Made by a program: the position numbers and the translations under genes. Below, one piece after another: positions 1 to 12,799 of a DNA stretch of 64,000 nt (the stretch's first letter is position 1; the number at the start of each line of letters is the position of its first letter). The notes beneath the pieces are model-generated. The model did not search any database. It was given only the letters and a program-made list of their open reading frames with translations, and was not told where the DNA came from. Origin of the DNA: Nageia nagi. Taxonomy: Eukaryota; Plantae; Pinophyta. The stretch is from positions 150,784,001 to 150,848,000 of the forward strand of contig JBITNC010000001.1 of NCBI GenBank assembly GCA_050084985.1. Reading direction: 5' to 3'.

Positions 1-975
1 AGAAGAAAGAAGAGAGAGAGTAAGAGAGAGTTCTCCTCCATAGAGATACAAGTGGAGATGAGAACATTTACATATTTGAGAATCTTTTTGAGAACTAGTA
101 TGAGACTCACTACATTACCATTTGACAAAATGGTTTACAATACAATCATTAACCATAACTGGTTTCACTGTACATAGTAGTCGATCAACTTTAAGCTGAC
201 ATGTGAGTCTCCATGAGCTTGCTTTCACAAGGTGAGTAACCTGCATTTCTGAAGAAGATCCTGCATGCTACAAGCAACTCATGAACAAAATTAGTTAGAT
301 GCATCATATATTCAAATAAAAGAATCAAATAATGTGATCTTATAAATAACTAATTAATGGTGCACTATAAGTCATCACGGAGATGCCAAGCCATCACTCA
401 TAGTCACCTGTTGTATATAGACATGTGTTGATTATTAATAGAGCATAAAAATTATGCAACGAGTTTCTCACGTAGAGCAAACTCACCACGGAGGTATTGA
501 ATGTACAACAAGTTCATCACACAGAGTGAACTTACCACGGAGGTATATTAACTATATGCTCAAAAATTGTACAACGAGTTTCTTATGCAGAGCAAACTCA
601 CCACGGAGGTATAAAGCATAAAAAATTGTACAATGAGTTTCTCACGTAGAGCAAACTCACCATGGAGGTATAGAATGTACAACAAGTTCATCATGCAGAG
701 TGAACTTACCATGGAGGTATATTAATTATATGCTCAAAAAATTGTACAATGAGTTTCTCATGTAGAGCAAACTCACCACGGAGGTATAAAATGTACAACA
801 AGTTTGTCACGCAGAGCAAACTTACCACGGAGGTATAAAATAATCAACACTCTATAACAACAATTGTACAACAAGTTTTTCACGTAGATCAAACTTACCA
901 TGGAGGTATAGAATGTACAATCAAAAATGCCTCTTAGAGGTGAAGTTGTTATCACTAACAAAAGTTCAAACTTCA
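1..975 (-). mobile_element. 3' LTR of Ty1/Copia element (runs off window start)
   Basis: On the minus strand the pol frame ends ...LGLVKLPSRGSEV* across a PPT (AAGGGGGAG, 976-984) directly followed by TG at 975. A TATA-like TATGTAAAT (~66-74) and a CT-rich tract lie near the window start. Confidence 0.65.
453..910. repeat. Tandem array of 8 ~45-bp hairpin-forming units with variable AT-rich linkers
   Basis: Unit TGTACAAC-GAGTTTCTCACGTAGAGCAAACTC-ACCACGGAGGTAT and variants start at ~453, 502, 568, 627, 676, 743, 792 and 865. Confidence 0.9.
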
Positions 976-3900
976 CTCCCCCTTGAGGGCAACTTCACCA
1001 ACCCGAGAGAATCCCTAAGCTTGCTGAACTAATCTTCAAGAAGGGGCTTGGTGAATAAATCAGCAGAGTTTTCAGTAGATGGACAATACTCCAAGTATAT
1101 GATGTCATCTAGAACCTTCTCCCTGATAAAATGGGCTTGGATTTCCACATGTTTAGTTCTCTGATGGAACACAGGATTCTTAGCCAAAGAGATAGCCGAT
1201 TGATTATCTGAAGAAATAAGAGATGGGCCATTTTGCTTATACCCAATTTCATTCAGAAGATGCCTCAGCCAAATATCTTCTTGGGTGGCAACAAACATGG
1301 CTCGATATTTGGCTTTGGTGGTAGAAAGAGTCACAGTAGGTTACTTCTTGGAAGCCCAAGAGATAGCACCTGAACCAATGCTGAACACATATGTAGAGGT
1401 TGATTTTCCGTCATCTCTATCTCCCCCATAATCAGAATCTGAGAACCTTGAGAGAATAATTGAGAGCACTTTGGAATACTTAAGAGCAAGATCCTTTATC
1501 CCTACCACATATCTCAAGATTTGCTTCACAGCATTGAGGTGTTCAACATATGGTTTTTGCATGAATCGTGCCATCAAATTCACTGCAAAGGCAATATCAG
1601 GTCGAGAGATAGTCAAATACAGAAGACTACCAATCAATTACCTATAAGTTGTAGCATCAACCAACTGAGAATCTGAGCTCAATGATACAACGATTTTAGG
1701 AGAAACAGGTATTGCAGCATATCTACACTCCTCCATTCCAAACTTTTGAAAGATGTCTGATATATACTTAGATTGACTAAGATAAGTACAATCTTTGTGT
1801 TGGTATACTTGCATTCCAAGATAGTAATGCAATAGATCTAGATCAGTCATTTCAAATGTTGCCTTCAGTTTGGATATGCACTCTTGGATGATTTCAATAT
1901 TGTTGCCTACTATGAGAAGATCATCCACATAAAGGAGAATTAAGACCACATCTTTTCCTTGATTGAGTACATAGAGATCTAAGTCAGAAAAGCACTTGGA
2001 AAAACCAATATCTGTAAAGAATCCTGAAATTTTCTTATACCATGCTCTAGGTGCTTATTTAAGTCCATACAAAGACTTCTTTAGCTTGCACACAAGAGAC
2101 TCTTTTCCTTCTGGAATAAATCCTTCTGGTTGATTCATGTAGATTTCTACATCCAAGTCACCATTGAGAAATGCACTCTTGACATCAAGTTGGAACACTT
2201 TCCAACCTTGAGCTGCAGAAAGAGCAAGAATTATCCTGATAGTAGGCATCTTGGCCACAGGAGCAAAGGTTTCCTCATAATCAATACCATATTTTTGAGC
2301 GAATCCTTTGGCCACTAGCCTTGCTTTGTATTTTTCAACTTCTCCATCAGAATTGTACTTGACCTTGTATATCCATTTATTTCCAATCACATTTTTCTCA
2401 TGGGATAAGGAACCAAATCCCAAGTTTCATTTTTCATGAGTGCCTCATACTCAACTTTCATAGCTTCCATCCAACACTCTTGCTTGGAAGCTTCTTTGAA
2501 TGTTGATGGCTCATTCATATTATCAATTTTGGCAAATAAGGATTTATTCAAGGTCATACTTCTTGTAATTCTCTAAGCTGGAGAATTTTGCTCTTGTGGT
2601 GACTTCCCTACATGATCATCCAACTAGTTAGGTGCAGGCGTAGAATCATCCGAATCAGACACCTCAGCATGAGAAGTTGTATCCTTAGGAAGTTCATTGA
2701 ACTTGACATTCCTAGAAATAAAGACTGTTTTATGGGATGAGGAGTAGAGCCTATAACCTCTATGCTGATTATCATACCCCACAAAGATGCATTTTTCTGA
2801 TCTTTTATCTAGCTTCTTTCTTTTCTCTGAGGTAATGAAGGTAAATGCATCACAACCAAAGACCCTGAAGTGTGAGATGTTAGGTTTCTTTCCTATCCAT
2901 GCTTCATATGGAGTTTTTCCTTCAACTGCTTTAGTAGGACACCTATTTAGGGTGTGAATAGCAGTGTGAATAGCTTCTCCCCATAAGAAACTAGGAAGGT
3001 TACCCAACATGCATCTTGCCATTTCCATAATGGTGCGATTCTTCCTTTCAGCAACTCCATTTTGCTGAGGGGTGTAAGGGATTATGAATTGTCGCTTGAT
3101 CCCATGTTTAATACAATAGTCATTAAACTCATTGCTATTATACTCACCCCCATTATCAGATCTCAGCATTTTGATCTTGAAATCAGTTTGATTTTCAACA
3201 AGTGCCTTGAAGTCTTTAAACCGGTCAAAAGTTTGATCCTTGTGCTCAAGTAGATAACCAAATGTCATCCTACTGAAGTCATCAATGAAGATGAGAACAT
3301 AAGAAGCTCCCCCTAGAGACTTAGTCTGAAATGGACCCATCAAATCTGAATGCACAAGCTGAAGAGGACGAGTAGCCCGAGTTGCCTTATCCTTTTCAAA
3401 CTTTTGCCTATTCATCTTTCCTAGAATGCACCTTTCACAAAGACCAATTGTGGGTGAAATATTAGGTAAACCTTCCATAAGTTCTTGATTTTTCATATCT
3501 TGAATACTCTTATGGTTAAGGTTCCCTAATCGTTGATGCCAAAGATTACCTTTTGAACACACATTTGCAGCAAGACAAATCTTTGAAGGTACTTAATCCA
3601 CAATATAAAGGTCATTCTTTACTGATCCTTTCATCAAAGTGGCAAGTCCTTTCTTAACACACCAGGAGTGTGAGGTAAACTCAAATGAGCATCCTTTCCT
3701 TGTAATCTGAATTATGGAGATAAGATTCATCCTTAATTTAGGCACATAAAAGACATTATCAAGAGCCTTTCCATGAATCTTCACATTCCCTATTCCTTAA
3801 ACATCAAGGACTGTATTATCACCTATCACAACTGTATCCTTGTTGTACTTATGAAAATTTTCAAACTTATCCTTTTCATAACACATGTGATTAGTGCATC

Positions 3901-4852
3901 CTGAATCAACAATCCAATCATTTGAAATAGTTTGAGTCATTGAGTAGTAGGCAACAGTAGCAGCATGCTTGTTCTTCTTTTTATTATTGAAATTTCTCAC
4001 ATTTGCATTTCCCTTACCTTTTTGAGCAAATTTCTTTTTGTGGCAATCATACTCTTTGTGCCCAAAGATGCCACAAAAGTTACAATTTCCATCAAACTTT
4101 TTCTGCAATGTTGGTTTGCTTGATCCAGCTTTGTCATTCCTTTGCTTGAAGTTATCGTGCTTCCTGATGGTAGATGAGGATTTGTTATCTTTGAATTTAT
4201 AATGTTTGAACATCTTCTTGAAAGGAGTTTTGGTTGCTCCTAGAGCAATGCTATTATCCTTTGGAGAAATATTCAACATTTTCTTGTTCAAAGTTTCCTC
4301 ATGCTTTAGAAGGAGTCTAGAAAGGTTATCAAGAGAGATAACATCTTCATCATCGAGCCTAGTCTCCATAACTATGACAAAGTTACTGAACTTTGTAGAG
4401 AGGCTTTGAAGAATGATGAAGACCATGAACTCATCATTGATCCAATTGCACCCACAGCCAACCAGTTGTGTCCTAAGGTCAATGATTTTGTTCAAGTAGA
4501 TTGAGGCACTTTCATCTTCACCTTGATGATATTGCAACAACTTTTGTAGAATGGTGAACCTTCTTGAAAATTTGGACCCAAGGTAAATTTTCTTTAGTCT
4601 ATCCCAAGCTTCTTTTGCTGATGTCGAGGAAAAGATCATGAGAAGGATGTCATCTGAAACTGCATGATAGATCATAGAAGTTGCTAACTCATTCTTTGAG
4701 TTGTAGATTTCAAGGGCCTTCTCATGAGCGACTAGATCTTCATTTACTATCTATCATAGCTTCTTTGCCTGTAACTCAGCTCTCATACGAGGTTCCCATA
4801 TGCCGAAGTTGGAACCGTCGAGTATGTGCTTGGGTATGAAGGTTTCAACCAT
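966..4852 (-). pseudogene. Ty1/Copia gag-pol polyprotein (gag, zinc knuckle, protease, integrase, RT, RNase H), disrupted by stops/frameshifts
   Basis: Gag start MVETFIPKHILDGSNFGIW (ATG 4852), CNFCGIFGHKEYDC knuckle, WIVDSGCTNHM protease, HSDLMGP/DDFSR/RSDNGGEY/QQNGVAER integrase, QLDVKSAFLNG/YVDDLL RT, SDSDYGGD/KHVEI/ADLFTKPL RNase H. Domain order PR-INT-RT-RH is Copia. Confidence 0.97.
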
Positions 4853-5736
4853 TATCTGTATAAAAATAAATATGCAATAAGAATGCAAATTTTTACAAGT
4901 TCCCATCTATACAAATCAAACATAAGTAAACATGTCCCATATGTGCAAACCACGATCCGTAGAGGAATAAAGTTGGGGTTGTTTTCTTGTATAGAATTAG
5001 GCCTTCACTTGGATGCCCGCAAGGTGGAGCCTAGGTACTACCAGTCCTCAACCAGTTCACCTTGGTCAGTAATATACTCTCACAAGGAGAAGTACTAACT
5101 ATTTTCCAAGGATCCAACGTATCTTGGACTGGCCATTTTAATTATCTTGATTAAGGTTTTCAGTTTTCCTCCTAGGTTATCAAGATAATCCCTGAATGGA
5201 CGTGCAAACATGTGGTATCACTACACACATGCCTGTCCACCTAATAGAGTTATGTCCAATCCAACAGAGGTCTTAGGGGCAATTAAGATGGACTTACCAC
5301 CACTCGGGTCTTCAGACTAAAAGGGCTCCAGTCTGCCCTGTCCTCACCTTGTGGCTCCCCAAACAAGTCATGTTGTGGAAGAATACGTGCGGGTGTGTTC
5401 ATTTTAGGGGTTACTTTCAATATTTGCATTTTGCAAGTATAAAGCAAATTGTGCAAAAATATAAAGTAAAGTAAAATTGCATCATCCACACGAGCTTGAA
5501 AAACCTTAAAAAGTCCAATGGGTTTTGTACTAACCCCTAAAGGAATTTTTACATTTTGTATATTTTGCCTAATTTATTCAAGCACTTAATGAATTAAAAA
5601 AAAAAGGAACTAAGTCCTACTTAGCATTTAATTCATAACATGCATTATTCCATGACTTAAAAAATTGAAGTAATAATCATGCATCATGCATTATTTAACT
5701 TAAAATTTTAAGTCCTAAGCATGTTTTATTCTTCAA

Positions 5737-5841
5737 ACAAGATAAAGATACATGCATCATAAGTCTAGCATGCAATATCTAGATAAGGTTTACAAGATAA
5801 AGAGACATGCATCACAAGTCTAGCATGCAAGATCTAGATAA
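5737..5841. repeat. Two-copy ~55-bp direct repeat in Copia leader
   Basis: ACAAGATAAAGA(T/G)ACATGCATCA(T/C)AAGTCTAGCATGCAA(T/G)ATCTAGATAA occurs twice. Confidence 0.85.
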
Positions 5842-6789
5842 AATTTAAGTAAAAAATTATACCAATTCCCCCTTTTTTACTTAAAGTTTTATCCCTAAAA
5901 CAAACTTGTATGCTAAGACTTGTCTTATAAGTATGCATTTTAAGTAAAAAAAATTCCTTTATTTACTTAAAAAAATAGCATACTTAGACTAAATTACTAT
6001 GCTTGGAGAGAAAAAAATGCTAAGAGGTTAGCATTCTAGAAATTGCATGTGCACCTTAGTAAATTAAACATGCAATATTAAAAATATTCTAAGCATTTTT
6101 TTAAATAAGCTAAGTTTTAACTTAAAATAAGTTAAAAATATTCACCACTTCATGCATTAAATGGAAAAAGAAGGAGACCCATACCCCTACTTCATGCACT
6201 TTAATGCTTCTCCTACCTCAAGCATTCAAAAAAAAATACTCCTAAATCAAAAAACAATTAAATGCTTTATAGTTAAAAAATATGACCCCCCCTTTTTTCT
6301 TCTACCAAGAAAAGCATACGTTGCTTTTTGGGAGTAGTCATTTTGCAAGTGGTCAACAAGAACTTAATGCTTCTAAGTGCATTAAAGAAAACTTGCAAAG
6401 AGTTGGCAGCCATTAACCTTGACCGTGGGAAGGAGGAGGACCTTCATGGAGGCACTATAGGACAACCTATGGAGGTGATGGTGGCCATGCTTAGAAGAGT
6501 AGATGGTGAAGGAGGAAGAGGAGGAAGAGGAGGCTTGCGTAGGAGGAGAGGGAGGAGAGTGTAGAACTATAGAGCAAAGAGAGGTGCAGGGCGAGTCAGT
6601 AGTGTGGGGAGAGGAGATCACCATGCTACATGCACGTGAGGGAGACGTGGAGGTGCATAGAGTGAGGGCTGGTGAGAAAGGAGGCTATGGGAGAAACCAC
6701 TGCCACTATGTAGAGTGACTTGGAGTGCAGGCAGGCTACGATCTGGAGGCCGTCGGTTGAGAGGAGGCAGTCACTTGTTTAATGTTTCT

Positions 6790-7365
6790 CCTTTTTTTGT
6801 GTATATCCTTGCATGCATGCAATCCAAGAAATCGTATCTTCTAGCACTCCTACAATAATGCATGCTGAGCGACTTCAGAGCTTTGACTTTACATCTTGCA
6901 GTTACATCTGATCTCCAATCTTCGAGCCCTCTTCTTAAGCTTTCATGGAAGCATGTATTGATAAAACAAAGCCTATGAAATTTATCTAGTTTAGCCTCAA
7001 CCATTAGAACCTCCAGGCTCTTCATAAAGATTCCATTTCGAGTCTATCCTCTGATCATTATGTATATCATCAAGGTGTTTTGAGAGATAATGCATGGTTT
7101 GCTCAACGTATCTATTTTCTAAATACCTAGAATCACTACGACATGATACTACATCTCGATGAGGAATTCTATGAGATAAATCGTAGTCTTTTCAACATGT
7201 ATGGTCTCCTATAGTCACAACAGTACAAGAGACTGCATCAAATCAAAATATTTGGAAACAAAACATGAGCCCTTGCAATGTATCTTGTTTATACACATAT
7301 CGTGTAATCATTGTAGTGTAAGAGAACACAACTCGTCGAGGCATTTTGTGAAACATTTTACAAAC
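6790..7365 (-). pseudogene. Degenerate PLS-class PPR gene fragment inside the retroelement leader
   Basis: Minus-strand translations KMFHKMPRRVVFSYTTMITRYVYK (7360-7290), DLSHRIPHRDVVS, MIRG*TRNGIFMKSLEVL and SWIACMQGYTQK match the PLS-PPR consensus A..LFD.MP.RDVVSW..MI.GY.QNG. Confidence 0.7.
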
Positions 7366-7995
7366 CCTATTTTATTTGTCCCCCCCCCAAAAAAAAAAAA
7401 ATTATAATTTTTGAAAAATATATTGTAAATATTTCAAAAAACTTGTAAAGTCTTCCACTTTTTTTTTATTTCAACAAAAAAATGAGAGAGGGAAAATATC
7501 CCCATATTTGCTTTAAATTTTAAACAATTGCCTCTAGAAATTATTTCTCTCTATTTGCATTAAAATTTTGCAAAAAATAAGACAATTTAGAGAAGAAATA
7601 AAGTATTATGTAACTATTACACCTTGGCAATGCTTGTAATAGAGTTATTGATCAATACTACTAACAAACAAAATGTTAGTAAAAAATATTTGCATCACAT
7701 AGTATTTTTTTAAAAGGTATATCATGTATTAAGCATTTTGTAAAAAAAATGCTACTAACATAAGAGGTTAGCAAAAAAAAATTGCTTGCATTGCCAATTT
7801 TGATCATATTTTGCAAAAAAATAAGCTCCAATATCTCACAAAATATGTTAGTATCTAATGCAATAATTCATAAGATAACCAAATGAGGAGGAAATTTATA
7901 CCTTCTCTTAAAATTTACCTCACCAATGGAGTGTAAGATGAGGAATGAAGAAGGATGAAGAACCTCCAAAATGTAGAAGAAGAGCTTCCACACCA

Positions 7996-8009
7996 AGCTC
8001 TAGATACCA
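7996..8009 (-). promoter_or_regulatory. Primer-binding site (initiator tRNA-Met type)
   Basis: Minus strand reads TGGTATCTAGAGCT, 2 nt after an LTR-ending CA. Confidence 0.85.
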
Positions 8010-8011
8010 AT

Positions 8012-8480
8012 TGAGAGAATTAGCACTACACTAATCCTCAAGGTCCAAGACTAGGAAGCTCAATCACAAAACATTCACACAAGATAACATAAGTGTAATG
8101 TGGTTCCTCCCTCCTTGGGAGTACATCCACAACTAGTATCTCAATTCTCAAGTATGCCCCTCTTACAACTATTCTCTTCCTCTCTCCTACACAAACTAGT
8201 AGAGTAATCTTATTTCAAAACTTAGATATGTTACAAGAGGAGAGGCCCTCTATTTATAGCTTGAGAGCACCTCCCTAACCTCCCTTTAACCCAAGGGTAA
8301 GGTTAGGGTTACAATAAATGTGTGACCTAACTTTAACCTACCAACTAACCCCATGGTTAGGTCAAAGTCCACACATAATAAAGAATTCAATTAATCCCTT
8401 AAGGTATCTACATATCCTTTAAGTGATTAATTGAACTTACAAGGAGTTTAGTTCACAATATTTCATTACAAATTCTAACA
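8012..8480 (-). mobile_element. 5' LTR (469 bp) of a minus-strand LTR retrotransposon
   Basis: TG...CA ends with inverted termini TGAGAGAAT/ATTCTAACA, minus-strand TATA box GCTATAAATAGAGGG (~8246-8260), adjacent PBS. Confidence 0.8.
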
Positions 8481-10049
8481 TGATCTTTATTTAAACAAAT
8501 GTTGATTATGTGATATGTAGAATGCCTCAAAGCATCTTTTTCTTGGTTGGCTAGGTTGATCGACTCTAGAATAATATGTTCAAGTGATTATGTAATCAGG
8601 TCCAGACTATTGGTTTCTATTGTTTAGGAGGGCTCTAGAGTCTTGTTTTCATGTGGTATCAAGAATATGGTAAACACATGTATTTTGATCAATGAATGAA
8701 TGGTTCAATATCTATTATTGATTGGAGACCTATTTAGCATGAATCTAACTGAAGATCTACTCTTGATCCAAATTTGGTTACATCTATTAGATTGGGATGG
8801 TGATGATTGACACTTGCACAACTTATGATTTAATAGTTTCCCTCTAAACTACGAAATGTGGGATGCAATCAAGTTTGTCTATTTGGGAATAAGGACATGG
8901 TATCACTCCATTATATCCTCACTATTTTTAGTAATTATAGATTTAGTTTATTTAGCTTATTTCTCATACTATTTTGTAAGCAAATAAAACTTATATGTCT
9001 ATAGTAGGAACCCAATAATAAAACTATTGTAGAATTCGTAATAGGTTAGAATAATCTATTACCAAGAGTTTGGTTAAAAGGAGCCTCTCTCATATCATGA
9101 TCCTTGTCATCCTTGGAATAGGATGATCATTTTACTTATCTAAGTTATGAATTCCAACTTCCTTAAATAGTTTTTTCCACATTCGATTATTCTGATCCTA
9201 TTTTTTATATGACTTGGCTTCCTCCTCAATGAGACCTTTATCCAAAAGTTGTTCATTAAAAAAGTGTTACTTCAAAGGTGGTCCTTGATTCATAAATGAG
9301 CTTTCATCATTTACTCCCTTGTGAATGTTATGAATCCTAAAGGTCTTGGGCTTAAATGTCACACACTACTTCCATCCAAAATTAGATCAAGTAGTTTGAA
9401 CTCCTTTGACTATCTCCTCTTTGGATTTCTTTCTTCTAATTTCAAGGGAGGGGGTTTCCCACCTTTTTGAGATGAATTGAACTTATTTTCCTTATGGTGG
9501 GTTTGATTGGTTTGAACAACCAGACTTATTATTTTTTTTCTTGAATACATTTCCTCTCTATACAATGAATTCCTCTAAGCTAGTTCCTAATGCCCTATTA
9601 TTTAAAGGGAGGGGGTTTTCTCCCCTTTTTGATGTGCATTAATCATGACTTTTTATGTTGGGTTGGTTAGTTTGAACATTCATAATCATTCTCCTACATG
9701 TATTTCATCTCAATCTAATGGATTCCTCTAAGTTGGTTCATGAGGACTTCTATCCCACTAAGTTTCTAACACTACTTCTCTCTCTTATGATTCTGAAGAC
9801 ATGGGTTCCTTTTCCTTAAAGGACTCTTCATAGGATAAAGGAGGAAAGAGTTGTTGAATAGTTGAACCCAACATCTAAGATATAAGTAGAGAAAAGTCTT
9901 GAAGATTCATTCTCAAAGGATCTACCAAATCAAAGCTTACCAAGTCATCACACCAGAGTCTTCTTCCAAGTTCCTTGGAATACAAGTTTTGCCTTTTCTA
10001 ACTATCACGTAAGGGACTTCACAACAAGAAAGATTGGTTTCCTGACTCA

Positions 10050-10700
10050 AATTTGGAATAAAGGTATCCTTTGTGGGAACATATTATATTTCTTCTTTAT
10101 GTAGGTAAAAGTTATGTGACCCATAACTTCATAGAGAAAATAATAACTATCAAATATGAGGGTGATGGAGTTAGGATAATCTTCCTCAAGGTCTATAAAA
10201 ACTAACTCTTGTTGTAATCAAATGATTTTTCATCCTTGTGGCATTATCTAACCCTAAAACAGTACCCATTACCCTTGCAATACTTAGTAAAATAGGTTCA
10301 TTCCAAAACTAGATGGCATTATCAAAAAGGGAGCTAGGTTTATTTTTGGATAAGGATAAAAATCCAACATGCAATTCCTAAGAAATAAACCTTTCTTACC
10401 AAAGAACTAGGAACCCTTTGAAAGGATTCTTCTTGTATCCTCCTCTATGTTTAAACTTAAGAGAAAAAAATCCCTAGGGATGGTCAAAATGTATAGGCTT
10501 CTAAAAGATATCCATTTGTGTATTGCCCATCTCCTCAAATTATCAAGGTCGACCCCTAAGGGGGTTTGTTCCTGAACCATCTTTCCCATTTGTAATTATT
10601 CATGAGATTCCACTATGTTCTCTTTCCACAAAGTTTTGTTCAAAACCATGAGCTCCCTTAATAGATCCACTTTTTTATTACAGTCCCTTGGGTCCACAAG
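10050..10700 (-). mobile_element. L1-type LINE ORF1 remnant (DUF4283-like region)
   Basis: Frameshifted translation ...LRRWAIHKW..FFLLSLNIEEDTRRILSKGS-FFGKKGLFLR..FWNEPILLSIARVMGTVLGLDNAT..VFIDLEEDYP resembles plant L1 ORF1. Confidence 0.6.
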
Positions 10701-12487
10701 ACGACCCCAAATGAGCTCAAGTGCCTACTCCTAAGTTAGGGGATGGGGATCTTAGTGATAGAAACTTACTTGTAATTAACTCAAGCCTTATCACCTCCAA
10801 GAATATGCACTCGCTCCTCCTCTTGCTCTCCATTATGGATCAAACTCTAATCACCCGTAGACATTATTATCAAATTTTAATTATAATTATAATTATTATC
10901 TTACTCCATTTTAATTTAGTATAATCCTCGATCTCTCATGTACCATTTTCTATTATCTCATTTAATATTGATACTTTCTTATAGCCTTTAAAATTTGGAT
11001 ACTTCTTCCTTTGTGCTCATGTGTTTCATAGAGTATAATTATATTTTCTTGTTCTACTAAGTATCTTACCTAAGCTCTCTTCTCCATAGACAACCTCTAA
11101 AGTCCAACATACTATATATGAATATTTTCAAAAATATTACCTATTTATTTTGAATTATTTATTACATCATGTTAACCTTTTCATTTTCAATTATGTTTAT
11201 TTATTTTTATTAATTATTGGATGTACTTCATCATCCAGGAAGAACTTTGATCCTTGTAATAGCCTTTTATTTGCTAACATATAACTTTAATCTTATAGGT
11301 TAATCATTATAATTTAAATTGTTCTATATCTCCCGTCTATATGTATTTTCAATGGTATGCTTACTTTATATATCTATCCTTTGTTGAATATATCTTAAAG
11401 AAAATATTTTAATAAGTTGTGTGTATCTTCATTTCTCTATAGTCTTCTATTCCTTTGACAATAATGTTTGTTTCCCTATCATATCCCACTATTTCATTTA
11501 TCATTATATTTTAATCAAATTATTTTCTTTGTTTGATCATTCTTTCACCATTTATGTTTTTACTTCTAGTTAACTTCACAAGTTATTTGTATTTTTTTTT
11601 CAAAGTTTAGAATTTTGCACATTGCTTTGATTTAATGCATCATTATGATGTTTTTTACTATGCTAAATTTTAGGCTTGGCTTGTTGCTAGCAACTTGCAA
11701 CTTCATCACCTTTTACTTTAATTTTTTATCTTCTTTCTAGCTTTTTTTTTTGTCAATTCAACTTATAGGAGTTTTTGGTTTTTTAAGTGTATTTTTCGTC
11801 CATATCATTTACTTTTCTTTTGAGATTCATTAGTTCTTTAATGTGAAGCTTTGTTAACAAAGCAAAAAAAAGAAGTAAAATTGCTGTTCAATTATATATT
11901 TTCAAATTTTTACCTTTTTTTCATTTGTTTAGAATATATCATTCTAATCCTTTACATTAGCAATTTCTACATTTGGTATTGAGGTCCTTCTCCTTATGCT
12001 TACCTTTGCTTAATTATATATTGTAAAAATCATCAATTCTTTTGTGTGTTTCGTTCTTGAATAGTCTACATTTGATAATTCAATTGTATTCTTTTACATT
12101 GACATACATATTAACTTATATCTACTTTGATGCACATATTGTACTCAAATCCTATCATTTGGAGGGTGCCATGATTTTAAAAAAGTAATGATTGCACAAT
12201 TGAGTAATATTTTATCCACAAACCTACTTCTAAAGTATATTATTAAACAATAAAATACATTATGATTCAAATTCTTGCTATTCATATTGTTTATGCTCAT
12301 TAATATTATCGAGGTTTAATTATGAAGATAATGCCTCCATTGAAATTTTAAAACTCTTAATCTCTTTTCTAAATGTTTTGTATATATTTTTGTTTTTAGG
12401 TTTACTTTGTTTATTATAAGAAAGAAAGAGAGAGAGAAAAAAAAAAAAACAAAGTTATTTAAGTGAAATACATAAATTATTCAATCA

Positions 12488-12759
12488 TGTTAGGGGAGTT
12501 CGAGAGGAGTGGGTAGTTGAAAACTTTCAAGTTGAAAAAGAGACGTCCAAGGTTCAAAACTCCCCCCTCACATGCATGTGGATATGTTAATCCAGACGAT
12601 GATTTCCAGCTAGTATGGATGTGGTCGGGTGCAATTCTTAGGTGACTTTGATGAAAGAGAACCCAACAAACACAAGGTGACTTTGACGAAAGAGAACCCA
12701 ACAAACACAGACTCTAAGTCTAAGGTTCCACTCGCGTAAGTGTTTCCAACAAAAAAAAT
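12488..12759 (+). mobile_element. tRNA-derived SINE-like element with internal 35-bp tandem duplication
   Basis: Degenerate A box (GTGGGTAGTTG), B box GGTTCAAAAC, A-rich tail; AGGTGACTTTGA(T/C)GAAAGAGAACCCAACAAACAC twice at 12640-12708; head resembles the 13400 and 19890 copies. Confidence 0.5.
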
Positions 12760-12799
12760 ACGTAAACTATAAATTACACTATCCAACCACATTAGGAAA

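Noticed and set aside
453-910. CRISPR-like array (palindromic repeats with spacers)
   Set aside because: Linkers are 4-28 bp, AT-rich and themselves repeated; no cas genes; eukaryotic LTR context.
8481-9000. Possible LINE ORF2 C-terminal remnant
   Set aside because: Only faint motif resemblance; too degraded to support.
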